64,000 nt of DNA, taken from contig CM022678.1 in the NCBI GenBank assembly GCA_012295275.1, positions 16,802,001-16,866,000 of the forward strand, given 5' to 3'. Under the pieces are notes generated by a model. The model had not been told where the DNA came from. It did not search any database and worked only from the letters and a program-made list of their open reading frames with translations. Origin of the DNA: Chrysomallon squamiferum. Taxonomy: Eukaryota > Animalia > Mollusca. Numbering within the stretch: the first letter of the stretch is position 1; every line of letters begins with the position of its first letter. The position numbers and the translations under genes were made by a program. Below are positions 12,420 through 36,651 of the stretch, piece by piece.

Positions 12420-15386
12420 ACTCTCTGTGTGTGTTTTTGTGTGAGTGTGTGGGTTTTTCTCTATCTATATATATATATACTAAGGAAAGAAAAAATCATA
12501 TCGATTAGAGTTTCGATTTCAGTCAGGTCTCTTACATGAGATGTATTCACTAAGCATAGTAAAAATTAGATACATAAGACTTATTTCCCATTAGTGATAT
12601 GTGCTCACAAACATTTATTTGAGATGTACTCACCAATCCTTCGATCGTTTTAAATTTTCAAACTGGTTCTCTATTTGTTTATTTATTTATTTATTCTATA
12701 ATGTCTACTTTCCTTATTGTTGTTATGATACAAAAATCAGTAAACAAAATAATTAATTGTGTCATTTGATAGAATGGGTTTTTTAATATAAGAATTTATT
12801 ATTTCTTTTAGTATTTTATTAACATTCATAAATTTATAACTTTTTAAATCATCTGGCCATCTTGGATTAAGTGAATTTTTTCTCTGAGTGTGTGTGTGCG
12901 TGTGTGCGTGTGCGTGTGTGTGTAATCTGTGTATATACATACTAAGCAAAGAAAAAATCATTTCGATTAGAGTTAGGACCCTTACGTGAGATGTATTCAC
13001 TAAGCAAATTAAAAATTAGATCCATTAGATTTATCTCCCTTTAGTGATATGTGTTCACAAAACATATATTTGAGATAGGGCCCTTATGTGAGATGTACTC
13101 GCTTATCCTTCGATCGTTTTAAATTTTCAAAGTGGTTTTTGATTTCCTTACTTATTTATTTCTTCTATACTGTCAACTTTCCTTTTTGTTGTTATAGTAA
13201 AAAATCAGGAAATAAAATAATTTATTGTGTCTTTTAATATAATCGGTTTTTTAATATCAGAATTTATTATTTCTGTTTGTATTTTATTATTATTCTGAAA
13301 TTTATTTATTTATAAATCTTCTGGCAAATTTTAATTAACTGAAATTCGTTTGCTTTACAATTGTATATGCATTATGTACAAGAGACTTTTCTCTGCGTAT
13401 CACAGTGTGTGTTTTTGTATGTGTGAATATGTCCGTATGTCTGTCAGTGTGCATATATATACTAAGCAAACAAAAAAAAAAGTTCGATTAGAGTTAGGTC
13501 CCTTACGTGAGATGTATTCACTAAGCAAAGTAAAAATTAGATCCATTAGACTTATCTCCCTTTAATGATATGTGTTCAGTAACATATATTTGAGACAGGG
13601 CACTTAGGTGAGATGTACTCACTAATCCTTCGATCGTTCTAAATTTTCATAGTGGTTCTTTATTTGTTTACTTATTTATTTATTGTATACTGTCTACTTT
13701 GCTTATTGTTGTTATGATAAAAAAATCAGTAAACAAAATAATTTATTGTTTCATTTGATAGAATCGGTTTTTTAATATAAGAATTTATTATTTCTTTTAG
13801 CATTTTATTAATATTCATTTATTTCTTTTTTAAATCTTCTGGCTATTTTGGATTAATTGAATTTTGTTCCTTTTACATTTGTACATGCATTCAGTACTAA
13901 AGATTTTTTTCTCTGAGTGTGTGTAATCTGTGTATATATATACTAAGCAAAGAAAAAATCATTTCGATTCGAGTTAGGTCCCTTACGTGAGACGTATTCA
14001 CTCACCAAAGCAAAAATTAGATCCATTAGACTTATTTCCCTTTAGTGATATGTGTTCACAAACATATATTTGAGATAGGGCTCTTAGATGAGATGTACTC
14101 ACTAATCCTTCGATCGTTTTAAATTTTCAAAGTGGTTTTTTATTTGTTTATTTATTTATTCTATACTGTCTACTTTCAATATTGTTGTTATAATAAAATA
14201 TCAGTAAACAAAATGATTTATTTTGTCATTTGATAGAATCGGTTTTTCAATATTAAAATTTGTTATTTGTTTTAGTATTTTCTTAATATTCTTAATTTGT
14301 TTTTGTTTTTAAATCTTCTGGCAATTTTGGATTAACTCAATTTTGTTCCTTTCACAATTGTATATGCATTCTGTACTAGATATATTTTTTCTCTGTGTGT
14401 GTGTGTGTCATCTGTGTATATATATACTAAGCAAAGAAAAAATCATTTCGATTAGAGTTAGGTCCCTTACGTGAGATGTACTCAGTAAGCAAGTAAAAAT
14501 TGGATGGATTAGAATTATCTCCCTTTAGTGACACGTGTTCGGAAACATATATTAGAGATAGGGCTCTTAGGTGAGATGTACTCATTAAGTCTTTTGTCGT
14601 TTTAAAGCTTCAAAGTTGTTCTTTATTTGTTTACTTATTTATTTATTCTATTCTGTCTACTTAGCTTATTGTTGTTATAGTAAAAAATCAGGAAATAAAA
14701 TAATTTATTGTGTCTTTTCATATAATCGGTTTTTAATATCAGAATTTATTATTTCTGTTTGTATTTTATTGTTATTCTGAAATTTATTTATTTATAAATC
14801 TTCTGGCAATTTTTAATTAATTGAAATTCGTTTGCTTTACAATTGTATATGCATTATGTACAAGAGACTTTTCTCTGTGTATCACAGTGTGTGTTTGTGT
14901 ATGTGTGAATATGTCCGTATGTCTGTCAGGGTGTATATATACTAAGAAAACAAAAAATCATTTCGATTAGAGTTAGGTCCCCTACGTGAGATGTATTCAC
15001 TAACCAAAGTAAAAATTAGATCCATTAGACTTATCTCCCTTTACTGATATGTGTTCAAACACATATATTTGAGATAGGGCCCTTAGGTGAGATGTACTCA
15101 CTAATCGTTTGATCGTTTTAAATTTTCAAAGTGGTTCTTTATTTGTTTACTTATTTATTGATTCTCTCCTGTCTGCTTTGCTTATTGTTGTTATGATAAT
15201 AAAATCAGTAAACAAAATAATTTATTCTGTCTTTTGATAGAATCGGTTTTTTAATATGAGAATTTATTATTTCTTTAGTATTTTATTAATATTCATCAGT
15301 TGATTTGTTTTAAAATCTGTCAATTTTTGATTAATTGAATTATGTTCCTTTTGCAATTGTATAAGCAATGTGTACTGGTGATTTTT

Positions 15387-15423
<37 letters not shown>

Positions 15424-15447
15424 ATCTGTGTGTATATATATACATAT
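12420..15447. repeat. ~490-bp satellite, 6 units, with trimer higher-order pattern
   Basis: Marker tcgatt(a/c)gagtt at 12501, 12963, 13484, 13964, 14448, 14963 (spacings 462, 521, 480, 484, 515); each unit has an internal duplicate of cccttaNgtgagatgtaYtcactaa. Confidence 0.9.
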
Positions 15448-15448
15448 A

Positions 15449-16719
15449 CATGTTTCAGATGGACGGGTTATTGTGAACGTTGTCCTTCTGGATTTTATGG
15501 ACCACGCTGTCAGCCGCGTTATCACAGTAATAACAACCACGATAACGGTTTCTGCAACGGTGACTGTTCTCCTGGAAAATTTGGTTCAAGGTGCGACAAA
15601 GAGTGTCCAAATAACTGTCGAAATAAGTCCTGTTATATAAACGGTCAATGCTCTCAAGGTTGCAAAGTTGCGTTTTTCGGAATAAACTGTTCAGAAAAAT
15701 GCAGCGCGAACTGTTTACATCAGCTATGTAATAGGGAAAACGAATCGTGCACGAATGGCTGCGATTCTGGTAAAAATTACGGAGACCGTTGCAAAGACTG
15801 TCCTCATCGTTTGGTCTGAATTCTACATGTGATCGTAAAACCGGGAAATGTAAGAACGGATGCAACAGCACTGACATTTGTGGGACATTTTCCAACTATT
15901 CTTCGGTGTTCGGTGTGAAAATACTTCCAATTACGTTGAGTGCAGGGCGGTTTGTGTCAGCGGAAGAAAGGGAGAACACTGCAGCGATGTTTGTCCTAGG
16001 AATTGTAAAGGACAATGTCATCAGCTTTCAGGACGATGTCTTCGTGGTTCTCTTCCTGGTTACCATGGTATGTACTGCAACAAATCATGCCCCGCTGAAT
16101 GTCTCGGAAGTGCGTGCTATCAAAACAGTAGAACGTGTGTTGAAGGATGTGTAACGTCGTTCTATGGACTGACGTGCTCAAATCGATGCAGTGACAACTG
16201 CGCTGTATTTGATGCTAATGACAACTGTATTTTGTCCTCGGAAGGTAGGCACCACCTATGTACGTTTTACACACTCATATATACCTAAATAAATAAAAAT
16301 AGAAAATAAAAGATGAAGTTTCTTCTAATATCAGGTTCCTTCTCAAACTGTCGTTATTGCGTTTGGACAACCCGAATGATCGGTTATTGTGTCCATATTA
16401 TGATTAGTTAACTATTGTGATAACAAGGTTCAGACTGGTTATCTGTTGTGTAAATATATTGTATTGGTAAGCTATTTTGATCGGAAGAATCTGATTATTT
16501 AATTATTGTGGCTACTATATAACTATAGTTAACTATTTTAACGAAAATTATATTTTTGTATATATTATTTTTTCTTCAGGAAATTCCTCCTTTGATGTCG
16601 ACTGGTTGACAATTATGTATGGAGTGATAATGTTTTCGATTTCGTTGAGTATATTTCTTGCAGTATTGTTTATCTTCAGGTACTACTTTATTTCATTTTA
16701 TTTTATTTTATTAATTTTA

Positions 16720-16787
<68 letters not shown>

Positions 16788-17127
16788 TACTACTACTATT
16801 ATTATTATTATTATTTGGCATTTCTTTATCTCGTTCTTTTTTCTTTATTTATTTCTTTATTGTTTTTATTTATTTATTATTTATTTATTTGTTTATTATT
16901 AATTATCATTATTATTATTATTGTTATTATTATTACTATTATTATTATTATTATGATTGGTATTCTTATGTTTACGTTTATGTTTATATTTTCAGTACAG
17001 TAATAACAAATAATAACAACAACAATAACAAGAACATGAAAATGAGTTATCATTGTAAACAATAATCAGTCTCTCTAAGAATGTTTATATAGTGTGAAAT
17101 GTTAATGTATATTCTACAAAGTGGATG

Positions 17128-17173
<46 letters not shown>

Positions 17174-17517
17174 CGATGACGACGATAATAATAATTAAAA
17201 TGCCATTAGTGAAGTAATGATTATATGTTAATATCTTACTTTCTGTATCTAGGAAAATGAAAAGGAGATCTAGAAAGAAACAACAACGTGCACGACGACG
17301 TAAGAAAAGCGTAATTCGAGCACCTGTTAACCAAATGCATCACGTGGAAATGCAACCAGGTTTTGTAATTTAATTAATAAGGTCTTAATAATGGACACAA
17401 GAACAACAACAATTATAACAACACAAAAAAAGCCAATATCAACAGAAAAATACAGCAGCAGTAACAACCAACATCACCATCGCACACCATCAACAAACAC
17501 CAGCAGGAACAACTATC

Positions 17518-17548
<31 letters not shown>

Positions 17549-19437
17549 TTTTTATGGTGATGACGATAACGATGACATTAAGTCGTTGAAATAATGAGAA
17601 GTATTTAGTAATATTTTGCTAATGTTGTGATGTATAGTTTAGTACTTAGAAAACACTTAATATTGAATAGGTGTCGTGGAAAAATATCGAATGATTGATT
17701 CGCTCATTTGTTGATGACTTTTAGTTTTAGTAATCAGGCAGAGCAAATCCGATACGTCCTCAGATCCTCCCGACATCGTCCGTTGTCATGGCAACCCACC
17801 ACCTCCTGTGTCAGCTGTGGATGATAACAAATTTGTGGACTTATTTAAATCACAAATTACCAACAATGATAAACAAGATGATGATGATGGTGATAGCGAA
17901 GACGATGATTACGTAGATGAGAGTATCATACTGAGTCTTAAAAATAGCACACGAATTTCATCAATGGTGTGTCAAAACGAGTCTGAAGAATGCGAAATCG
18001 AAAAAGAGAGTAAATGTTCCTAAAACTAGATACACGAATATAAAACCATATAAGTAAAAAATGTGAAATATGTCATTGATTTTGTGGTCTCTCTGGTTGA
18101 TGTTATCATTAGCTTTTGTTCTTACCGGTTGAAGATCAGTTATCCAAAATCCTGATATCATAATCATTAAAAATATTTCATAAAATTAGCTGCAAACTAT
18201 CTATATTAATGAAATATAAACATATTCCATGTTTATACTTAGACAGACAGATAGATAGATAGATAGACAGATAGATAGATCGATAGATCGGATGGGTATT
18301 CACAAACAATAAATGAAATTACCTGTTTTTCTCTTGATAGTTGTTAATAAAATTATATTTCTGGAAATCGGATAGTAATGATAAAATTATGCATAAAAGA
18401 AAATTTCGTTACTGAGCAATGTTCGCTATGCCACTTCAGCGAGTAAGCTGTAATTATCATGAAGATTTTTTAACAAATAATAAACAGTAATTTAGTCACA
18501 TTTTTTGTAATAAAATGCTAGCTAATAATTGTTGTATTTGTGCGTTTTCGGGTTTTTCATAACAAAATACTAAATAGTAATTTATATTTTCAGTTTATCT
18601 TTTGAACCCCACATTACTATATTAATTTTCTAATTAATATACATTAGAATATATTTTGTTTTTACTTCTTGCTGTTGTTTTCTTTTTTGACAAGCTCATT
18701 TGAAGTCAAGCTGTAAAATTACTAAAACTGTTTTCATTCCAGTGGTGGTGTTGGAAGGACAGGTACTTTTATAGCTATAGATTATCTTCTTGACTAGGCA
18801 CTGGCCAAAAGAAATATTGATGTAGTTGATTCTGTGGCACGTTTAAGAAAAAAACGAACTGAAATGATCCAAACTCTGGTGAATATTTTGGTTTATCTGC
18901 TCTTTAGAAACATTTCAATTTTTTAAACCAGTCACTCTACCGGAAAAAGTGGAATATCCTGTTGATATAACTGTAATTAAAATCATATCTGTATGATTTG
19001 TTAAACCAGTTTAGTATGGTATCGAAGCTTTGCTGATAATAAATAATGTGCTTCTCCCATTTGTAGAGAGTTTACAAATACACAAAATTATATTAATCTT
19101 TATATTTTCGATTGCGTTAAGGTGTTTTTGCAAAATTGTATTATTTTGTATTATATTGTTGTGTCTGATATGATCATTGTTGTTGTTTTTGTTGTTGTTG
19201 TATTTACTGCTATTGCTACGACATGTAAGTTATTGCTGTCGTTTGTATTATTATTACTATTGTTTTTATTAGTAGTAGTAGTAGTAGTATTCCTTGATGT
19301 GTTTCATGTGAGTTTGTTTGTTTGTTTACACAATCTATTATTTTTATTTTTCAATACAGATGCAGTACACTTTTATTTATCAATTTCTGTCGGAATGGTT
19401 GCTATCATTCAATATCATTTCAGAGAGAGTGATGTGA
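15449..19437 (+). pseudogene. Copy B: 5'-truncated, internally deleted EGF-TM-PTP receptor pseudogene
   Basis: Starts mid-EGF exon (to 16259; frameshifts), TM 16580-16679, basic exon 17253-17359, linker 17731-~18010 (truncated), P-loop exon 18743-18878 (SGGVGRTG; TAG 18795-18797), last exon 19360-19437. The central PTP exons are missing. Confidence 0.85.
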
Positions 19438-20459
19438 CAGAAACTGAGAGCAAACAGGAAGAAAATATTAAAAAACAAATTTAAAAAACAGGTTTTTTTC
19501 ATTTTCTGAACCTGAACATTTCCGTAATCCAGATGTCAGTAATTATAAAGGAGAAAACATTTTGATTGAAAAGAAACAGAAAGTAATAGAAGTACACTGC
19601 TTTTATTGGAATACAGGATGAAGAGAAATAATTTGTTGCTGAATTTTTGAATTCAGTGATATTTGAACTTTTGTGATGACGGAAACTTGAGTCCAGAAGA
19701 AAGAAGACATTTCTGTAATTAAGATGGCTCCTCCTACAATGACTAATGCGAACAAACGGAAAACTAATCTAGAGCGGCCATTTTTAAAACGGAAAGCGTT
19801 AAACACATTTTTGAATCACATATTTTTTGCCTAAATAAAACTGCTTTGCATAAAATGTACAAAATATATTTAGATTTGAGAGAAATTTGTGTCCACAAGA
19901 AAGAAGACATTTATTTAATTAAGATAGCTGCTCCAGTAATGGATAAAGTGAAGAATGTGAACAAAGTCAAAACTAATCTCCAAGTTAGTATCAGCTTCAT
20001 TCGAATCATGTGTAATATCTAGGATGATACTTTGCATATTTGAAAAGAAAAGACTTTTAAAAATGTTTTAAGACACTTATATTAAGTCTAAATAAAACAT
20101 CTTTAATGACGAGTGAAATGTAAAAAATTATATGAAGGAGTTTCGGGAAGGCCATTTGGAAACTGAGAAAGCAAAATATTTCAATTTTCTTTTTACAACG
20201 AATAATATTTGTATCTTCATGTAATATTGAGTTTATATGCCTGTGTCTGTGTCTGAATGTGTGTATTTATGTATGTGTGTGTGTGTGAGCGCGCGCGCGT
20301 GCGTGTGTGTGTTGTTATTTTTATTTACATATCTATTTTATTTAGGATTTGCTTTGTAAGGTGTTTATCTGCTAATGGAAACTATTAGAATCTGAATATA
20401 TATCATATATTGTTATAACAAAATATATAACTGTCTTTTTTAAACTAATAATAATAATG

Positions 20460-20508
<49 letters not shown>

Positions 20509-22069
20509 TTTGAATATTGTAGTAGTGATACTAAAAGGAAAAATAATAACATTAACAACAGCTGTTATAATAAAATTTTAAAATCAAATAAGTCGTCTTA
20601 TAGAGATGTGTGCATAAGTAAGTTTAACTGTCTGTCTTTCCCTTTCTCTCTCTCTTAATCTCTCTATGTCTCTGTTCCTCTCTCTGAGTCGCTTTCTCTC
20701 TGTTTGTGTATGTTTTTGTTTGTAGGTACATCCGTATATATGTATATACGTATTTATATGTATGTTTACATTTGTGTGCTTTGTGTTTTTATGTATGCAT
20801 GTGTTCGTTCATGTGGGGGTGTTATGTCGGGTGTTTGTGTGTTTGCCTGCTTGTTCTACTTTTTTGTATGTGTATATGTGTGTCTGTGTCTTTATATGTG
20901 TATATATTTGTTCATGTATATATATCGTCATATGTATCGTCATTCGTGTGTGTGTACACGCATAATTCTTGACATTCCTTCAGTAGAGAAGATTCCAGTA
21001 AAATTACGTTCTTACTGGGCACACAGCACAAGCAATTAATATAGTAGAAACACGTGGTACACAGACATTGTACTGATCAGTGAAATCTTAATTATACAGA
21101 AACAGATATACATGCTCTGTTTTACTTTACTTCAATTTCAGTTATTTAATTTAATTTATATTTTTTTTTATTTCCATTTATTTCATTCTATTACAGTTGG
21201 ATTATTAAATTTCATTTAATTTGTCTTCATTTATTGTATTTTTTATGTGATTATTTTTTTTTAAAAGTATTTATTGAATTATTCTAATGTATAAATATAC
21301 TTTTAGAAATTAACTGTTTAAAATAACCAAAAATACTACTAATAATAAACTAAATTTATTTTTTTTCAAATCCGTATATTTCATATTATTTTAAATAAGT
21401 AATCAAAATTATTAAATAAAGTAAATTATTTAATAAAAGAAAAAGAAAACACCCATAGCATTCCAAAATAAATTAAATGAGATTTGTGCATTTCTATTAT
21501 ATACAAATATAAATTAATTGTTTCACGATGTCAGCACCAGATAGAAAATCTAGATTTCTGGTGTGAATATTAGGTATTTTAATATAATTATTAAAACAAA
21601 TTAGATTTAAGGATAACATACTTGTCTTAGGTGACAATGAAGTTATATGAGTCGCATAAGTATAGTTTCTTCTCTCCACCCAGCAATGTCGGATACATAG
21701 CGTTAGGTAGGCGAACATTTTCAACTTGCTAAGTCAGTTGCCTTTTTTACTGTTAGTGTGTTATATACATCGACAGCTGGTTTAAACTCTCAATTTATGT
21801 TGATTGTTTGAGCTATTAAAGGAAAAGTTAATACCTGTTTCATTTAAAACAGCGTGTTTTACTTCTTTTTTATACATCAAAGTTATATACTTTTCATTGT
21901 ATCACTTTTGTAAATAAGTGTAAACAAAATAAAATAATAATAAATAAATAAATAAAAAATACTAGTGTTCCTCTCCTACTACGTGCTTATAGGCCTATAT
22001 ATATATATATATACACACACACATACATACATACATGCATACGTACATAGATACATACATATACATACA

Positions 22070-22103
<34 letters not shown>

Positions 22104-22240
22104 TCTATGTATGTATGTATCTCTGCGTGTATATATTCATGTAGGTATGTATGTATCTATACATGTACGTATGAATCATTGCGTGTAAATTCGTAACTAC
22201 ATTCAAAGGGAAGTATTTCCTGTGTAGCATGATCTCTGTT

Positions 22241-22568
22241 CTAAATATAGTCATTCGTCAGTGTAAACTACGAGAAAACGTTTATTTTTATCCGATGACC
22301 TACAAGGAAACAGAAACCGTTATAAACGAAAGCACATTCTAGTATTCTTGGACAAAAATAAGTATTTTTTGTTTCTTTCGTTTACTTACGTGTAAAGTAT
22401 CAAACATATTAAAATAGTGTTTCCCCTATAGAAGAACAGATACTGGAAATCGAATAACTTTTTCGCTGACGAATTTACAAGAACATTGGGATACCCGATT
22501 CACGCGGACGGGAGATTAATTAAAAATGTCCCCGATGATAATTCTACTCTTTGTTTTATCGCAGACAG
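22241..22568 (+). promoter_or_regulatory. Orphan/alternative promoter plus intact signal-peptide exon
   Basis: CTAAATATAG 22241-22250, GGAAACAGAAACC 22306-22318, exon 22526-22568 MSPMIILLFVLSQT G|gtaagt; no ShKT exon follows until copy C. Confidence 0.7.
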
Positions 22569-23718
22569 GTAAGTGTTTTTGAATTGTTTAGATATATATA
22601 TTTGAATCTGTGTGCAACATTTGCGTGTGAGGTTTGTATGTGCGTAAGCGCGCGTGTTTTTGTGTGTTCAGTTTTTTTATAATCTCTTAAATGTTTAGGC
22701 GACATTAAATAACTTTATTGGGCTTTTTTCGTGTTAAAAATAATCTGACAATCTAATGAGAGGACAGGAAAATATAGGATTCAGAAAATTAAACTATAAA
22801 TTTAATAGTTAAGTATAAGTGAATTAAATATAATTCTACATCGCACACAATTTATAATATTAATATATGTATCCATCTATTTATCCAGCTATCTATCTAT
22901 ATAAATGTATGATGTTTCAAATTCAGTGTACGCCGAAATATACGTACTTCTGACGATGACAAAAACAAACAATTTTATGCTCATCAGAGAGTTTGGTGTA
23001 CAAATACATATAGCCGTAGAATTTATTTCTAGTGATTTCTGTTCCTACGTTAAATAATTTGTCTTTATTCTTTTTCTTCTTATAACAAAATTTTGTATAT
23101 ATGTAAATATACTGCATATATAATATTCTCCAAAGTGACTGTATTAATAGTCCTTCATACTCTATTGAAAAAACTTTCATAACGTTTCTCTCCCTATTTC
23201 CAAGTAACATATTTTTGTCATAAATACATTTTTTTTCATTACAAAGATTAATATTTTATATAGAGTAAAACACAGTGAAATTGAAACTTAAAGCAACTTC
23301 ACGTCCAAGCACTCTGAGAGATATGTCAGCAGAGCGTGTTTTTTGCCGAACCACGTGATATGTCGTGGCCATGGAAGCCGGTGTACCAGCCTCAAAACAT
23401 TTAGGCCACGTAAAATAAATTATCAATTTTTTTTGTGTTAAAAATAACCGGGAACCCTAATCAGAAAACTGTGACAAGAAAACATAATAATAAAATAATT
23501 AAATTGTAAACTTGGTAGTGTACCAGTCTCAAAACATTGACACGCATCCAAATTGAATTTAAAGCATACAATAATAACAATTAGTTGATTAATGCAAAAT
23601 GTATATTAGTTAATTAGAATGAACGTTGCTGTAAGCATAGTGATTCGCGATTCGTTAGTTAACAACTTAATGACAACAATTTGTGTAGTATTTGAAGAAG
23701 TCAGTTATGGAGATCAAT

Positions 23719-23749
<31 letters not shown>

Positions 23750-24062
23750 GTGCACATTCAATAATAATTTCGATTTTATTATCCACATAATCTGTAAACG
23801 TGGTCATTTGTACAATAATCCTTCCTAAATGCTACTTGAATGTGAAAGAGTATATCATTTCAAGATAGAAATTTAATCTATTGTTTAAGAAAGTAGTAAA
23901 AATAAATGTAAAAAGTCTATAATTTCCCTCTCACCCGCCAGTCTAATTTTAATTAACAACAGTGAGCACAGTTTAAAAATATGTAGGCGATGTCTTTATA
24001 CCGGTATCCATGACCTCTTCTCGAGTAAAGGAAACATTTTCCGGCCTGACACGACTTCTATT

Positions 24063-24415
24063 CTAAATATAGACATATGTCATTGTGAAAATATGAAAAA
24101 AAACATGTTTATTTTTGAATAAGATCTGTTCCCCGTAAGCTACAAAGAAACTGAAGCTATAGATAGGGGCCGAAGAAAGCACAAACCATATTCGTTCTAG
24201 TACTTTTTGGATAAGTTTAAGTCGTAGGTGATATTTCTTATTTTATTTTTTCGTTTAAACTATTTAACATTTTAAGATAGTGTGTTACGTATAGTAGAGC
24301 AGATACTGCAACTCAATAACTTTCTCGCTCACGAATTTACAACTACACTGAGATATCCGATTCATGCGGACTGAAGTCGAATTAAAAATGTCCTCGGCAA
24401 TTACTGTATTATAGT
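24063..24415 (+). pseudogene. Degenerate duplicate promoter/exon-1 module
   Basis: Same module with ISRE decayed (agaaactgaagct); ATG 24388 gives MSSAITVL* and has no donor. Confidence 0.65.
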
Positions 24416-25214
24416 TTTTTTTTTTTTTTTTTTATTTATTTATTTTTTGAGTGTGCGACAGACAGCAGCAGACAGAGAAATCTGGAATTTTAGTCAAAAA
24501 ATATTTATTATTAAAATTAATATACCTCTCTTAGATGACAACGAGCTTTTATGAGTCGCAAAAGGATAGTTTGGTCTCTCCACCAAACATTGCCGGATAC
24601 ACAGCGATAGGTAGGCGATCCTTTTCAACTCGGTTAGTTGGCAGCATTATTTACTGTTTTGTACATCGACAGCTTGGGTATGTTGATTGTTTAAGCTATT
24701 AGCGGTACAAATACCTGTGACATTTAAAAGGACGGGTTTTTGCTTTTTTTCATGTATCACATTTGTAAATAAATTTAAAATTATCAAAAATATAATCAAT
24801 TAAAATTAGATAAATAAATAAATAAATAATAATAATAACAACAACAAAAACAATAATGAAAAAAAACAATTAAAAAAAAAGGAAAATATTAAATAATTTG
24901 TTCTTTGTTACTAGTGTTCCTCCCTTCCTTGTGCATGTAAGCCTATATATATATATATATATTCCTGTATGTATGTATGTATGCATGTATGTAAACATTT
25001 ATGATTCTATCTAAATTTATATGAATGTATGTATATACCTATGTATGAATGTATTTATATACGTACGTATGAATCACAAAATGTACATTCGTATGTGCAT
25101 ACAAAAGAAATATTGCCAGCGTAGTATGATCTCTATTCTAAATGCAGACATGCGTCAGTGTAAAATATGAGAAAATGTTTATTTTTAAATCTGACAATCT
25201 TCACCACCATTCAA

Positions 25215-25227
25215 GGAAACCGAAACT
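25215..25227 (+). promoter_or_regulatory. ISRE/IRF-type element of copy C
   Basis: GGAAACCGAAACT, 214 bp before ATG 25441. Confidence 0.6.
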
Positions 25228-25440
25228 GCAAGTAGGACCAAAGCGACCATAAACGACAGAACGTTCTGGTATTACTGGGAAATATAAGTATTTTGTGTTT
25301 CTTTCTTCTTCGTCTGAAGTATTTAAGATAATGTATTACGCATAGCAGAACAGATACTGGAAACTCGAATAACTTTCTCGCTCACGAATTTACAAGAACA
25401 TTGAGATACCCGATTCTCGCGGACGGAAGTTCAATTAACA

Positions 25441-35200
<9,760 letters not shown>

Positions 35201-36246
35201 AAAAGAATAAATAGAAAATGAATTTGCCGTCTCAATTTGTGGTGGGTGTTTTTTTTTTTTTTTTTTTTTTTTTTACGAAGATGAATATTTCCGTACTCCA
35301 GATGTCAGGAATTGTAGAGGATGAAGTATCTTCACTGGAAAGAAACAGAAACTAATAGAAGTGCATTGCTTGTATTGGAATATAGAAATAAAATAACTAA
35401 TCTGTTACTGAATTTTTGAATTGACCGATGTTTGAAACTTTTCTGATCAGAAAGAAAAATGCAAGGCAATTGTTAAGTGAGAAAAATTTGTGTCCACAAG
35501 AAAGAAGACATTTCTATAATTAAGATTGCTGCTCCTGTAATGAGTAAAGTGATTAATGCAAACAAACGAAAAACTAAATTAAGTTGGCCATTTCCATATT
35601 TCTAAAAGGAGAATTTTTAAAACATTTATGTGACACATATTTTTAGCCGAAATAAAACTTGTTTTAGTAATCAGTTGTATTAAATGTGCAAAATATACTT
35701 AGATCTGAGAGAAATTTGTTTGCACCAGAAAGAAGACATTTCTTTAATTAAGATGGCTGCTGCTGTAATGGATAAAGTAAACAAACTGAAAACTGACCTT
35801 CCTGTTACTCTCAACTGCACTGTAATCATGGGTAATATCAAGGATGGTCATTTCCATATTTGGAAAGAAGGATTGTTAAAAACATGTTATGACATTTATA
35901 TTAAGTCTAAATATAATATGTTTAATGATGAGTGAAATGTAAAAAGCGTATGTAAGAATTTATGTTTACAGGAAGGTCTTTTGGAAAGTGAGAAAGCAAA
36001 ATATTTAAATTGTCTTTTTACAGTGAATGCTATTTGTAACTATATTTAATTTTGAGCTTATATGCCAAAGCATTTTCCTGAAACTGTCTCTGTGTGTGTG
36101 TGTTATGCTATTTATATTTACATTAATATGTTATTTAGGATCTGCTTTGTAAAGTATTTATCTGCTAATGGAAAAATCTTAGAATCCGAATTTAAAATCA
36201 TGTATTGTTTTAAAACATTTAAATAACAGGGTTTTTTTCTGTTTTA

Positions 36247-36296
<50 letters not shown>

Positions 36297-36481
36297 ATAA
36301 TAATAATAATAATAATACTAATAATAACAATAACAATTTGAGTAGTGTAGTAGGGATACTAAAAATAATAATGACAACATTAACAACAGCTGTCATAATA
36401 AAAGTTTTAAAATCAAATAAATGTTCTTCCATATTCATAGCCAGGAGTCTGTCATTTAGAGATGTGTGCAAAAGTAATCTT

Positions 36482-36651
<170 letters not shown>

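Noticed and set aside
15451-15460. New acceptor tttcag allowing an A-B chimeric transcript
   Set aside because: A's last donor is phase 0 while the EGF frame needs phase 2, and both copies carry stops.
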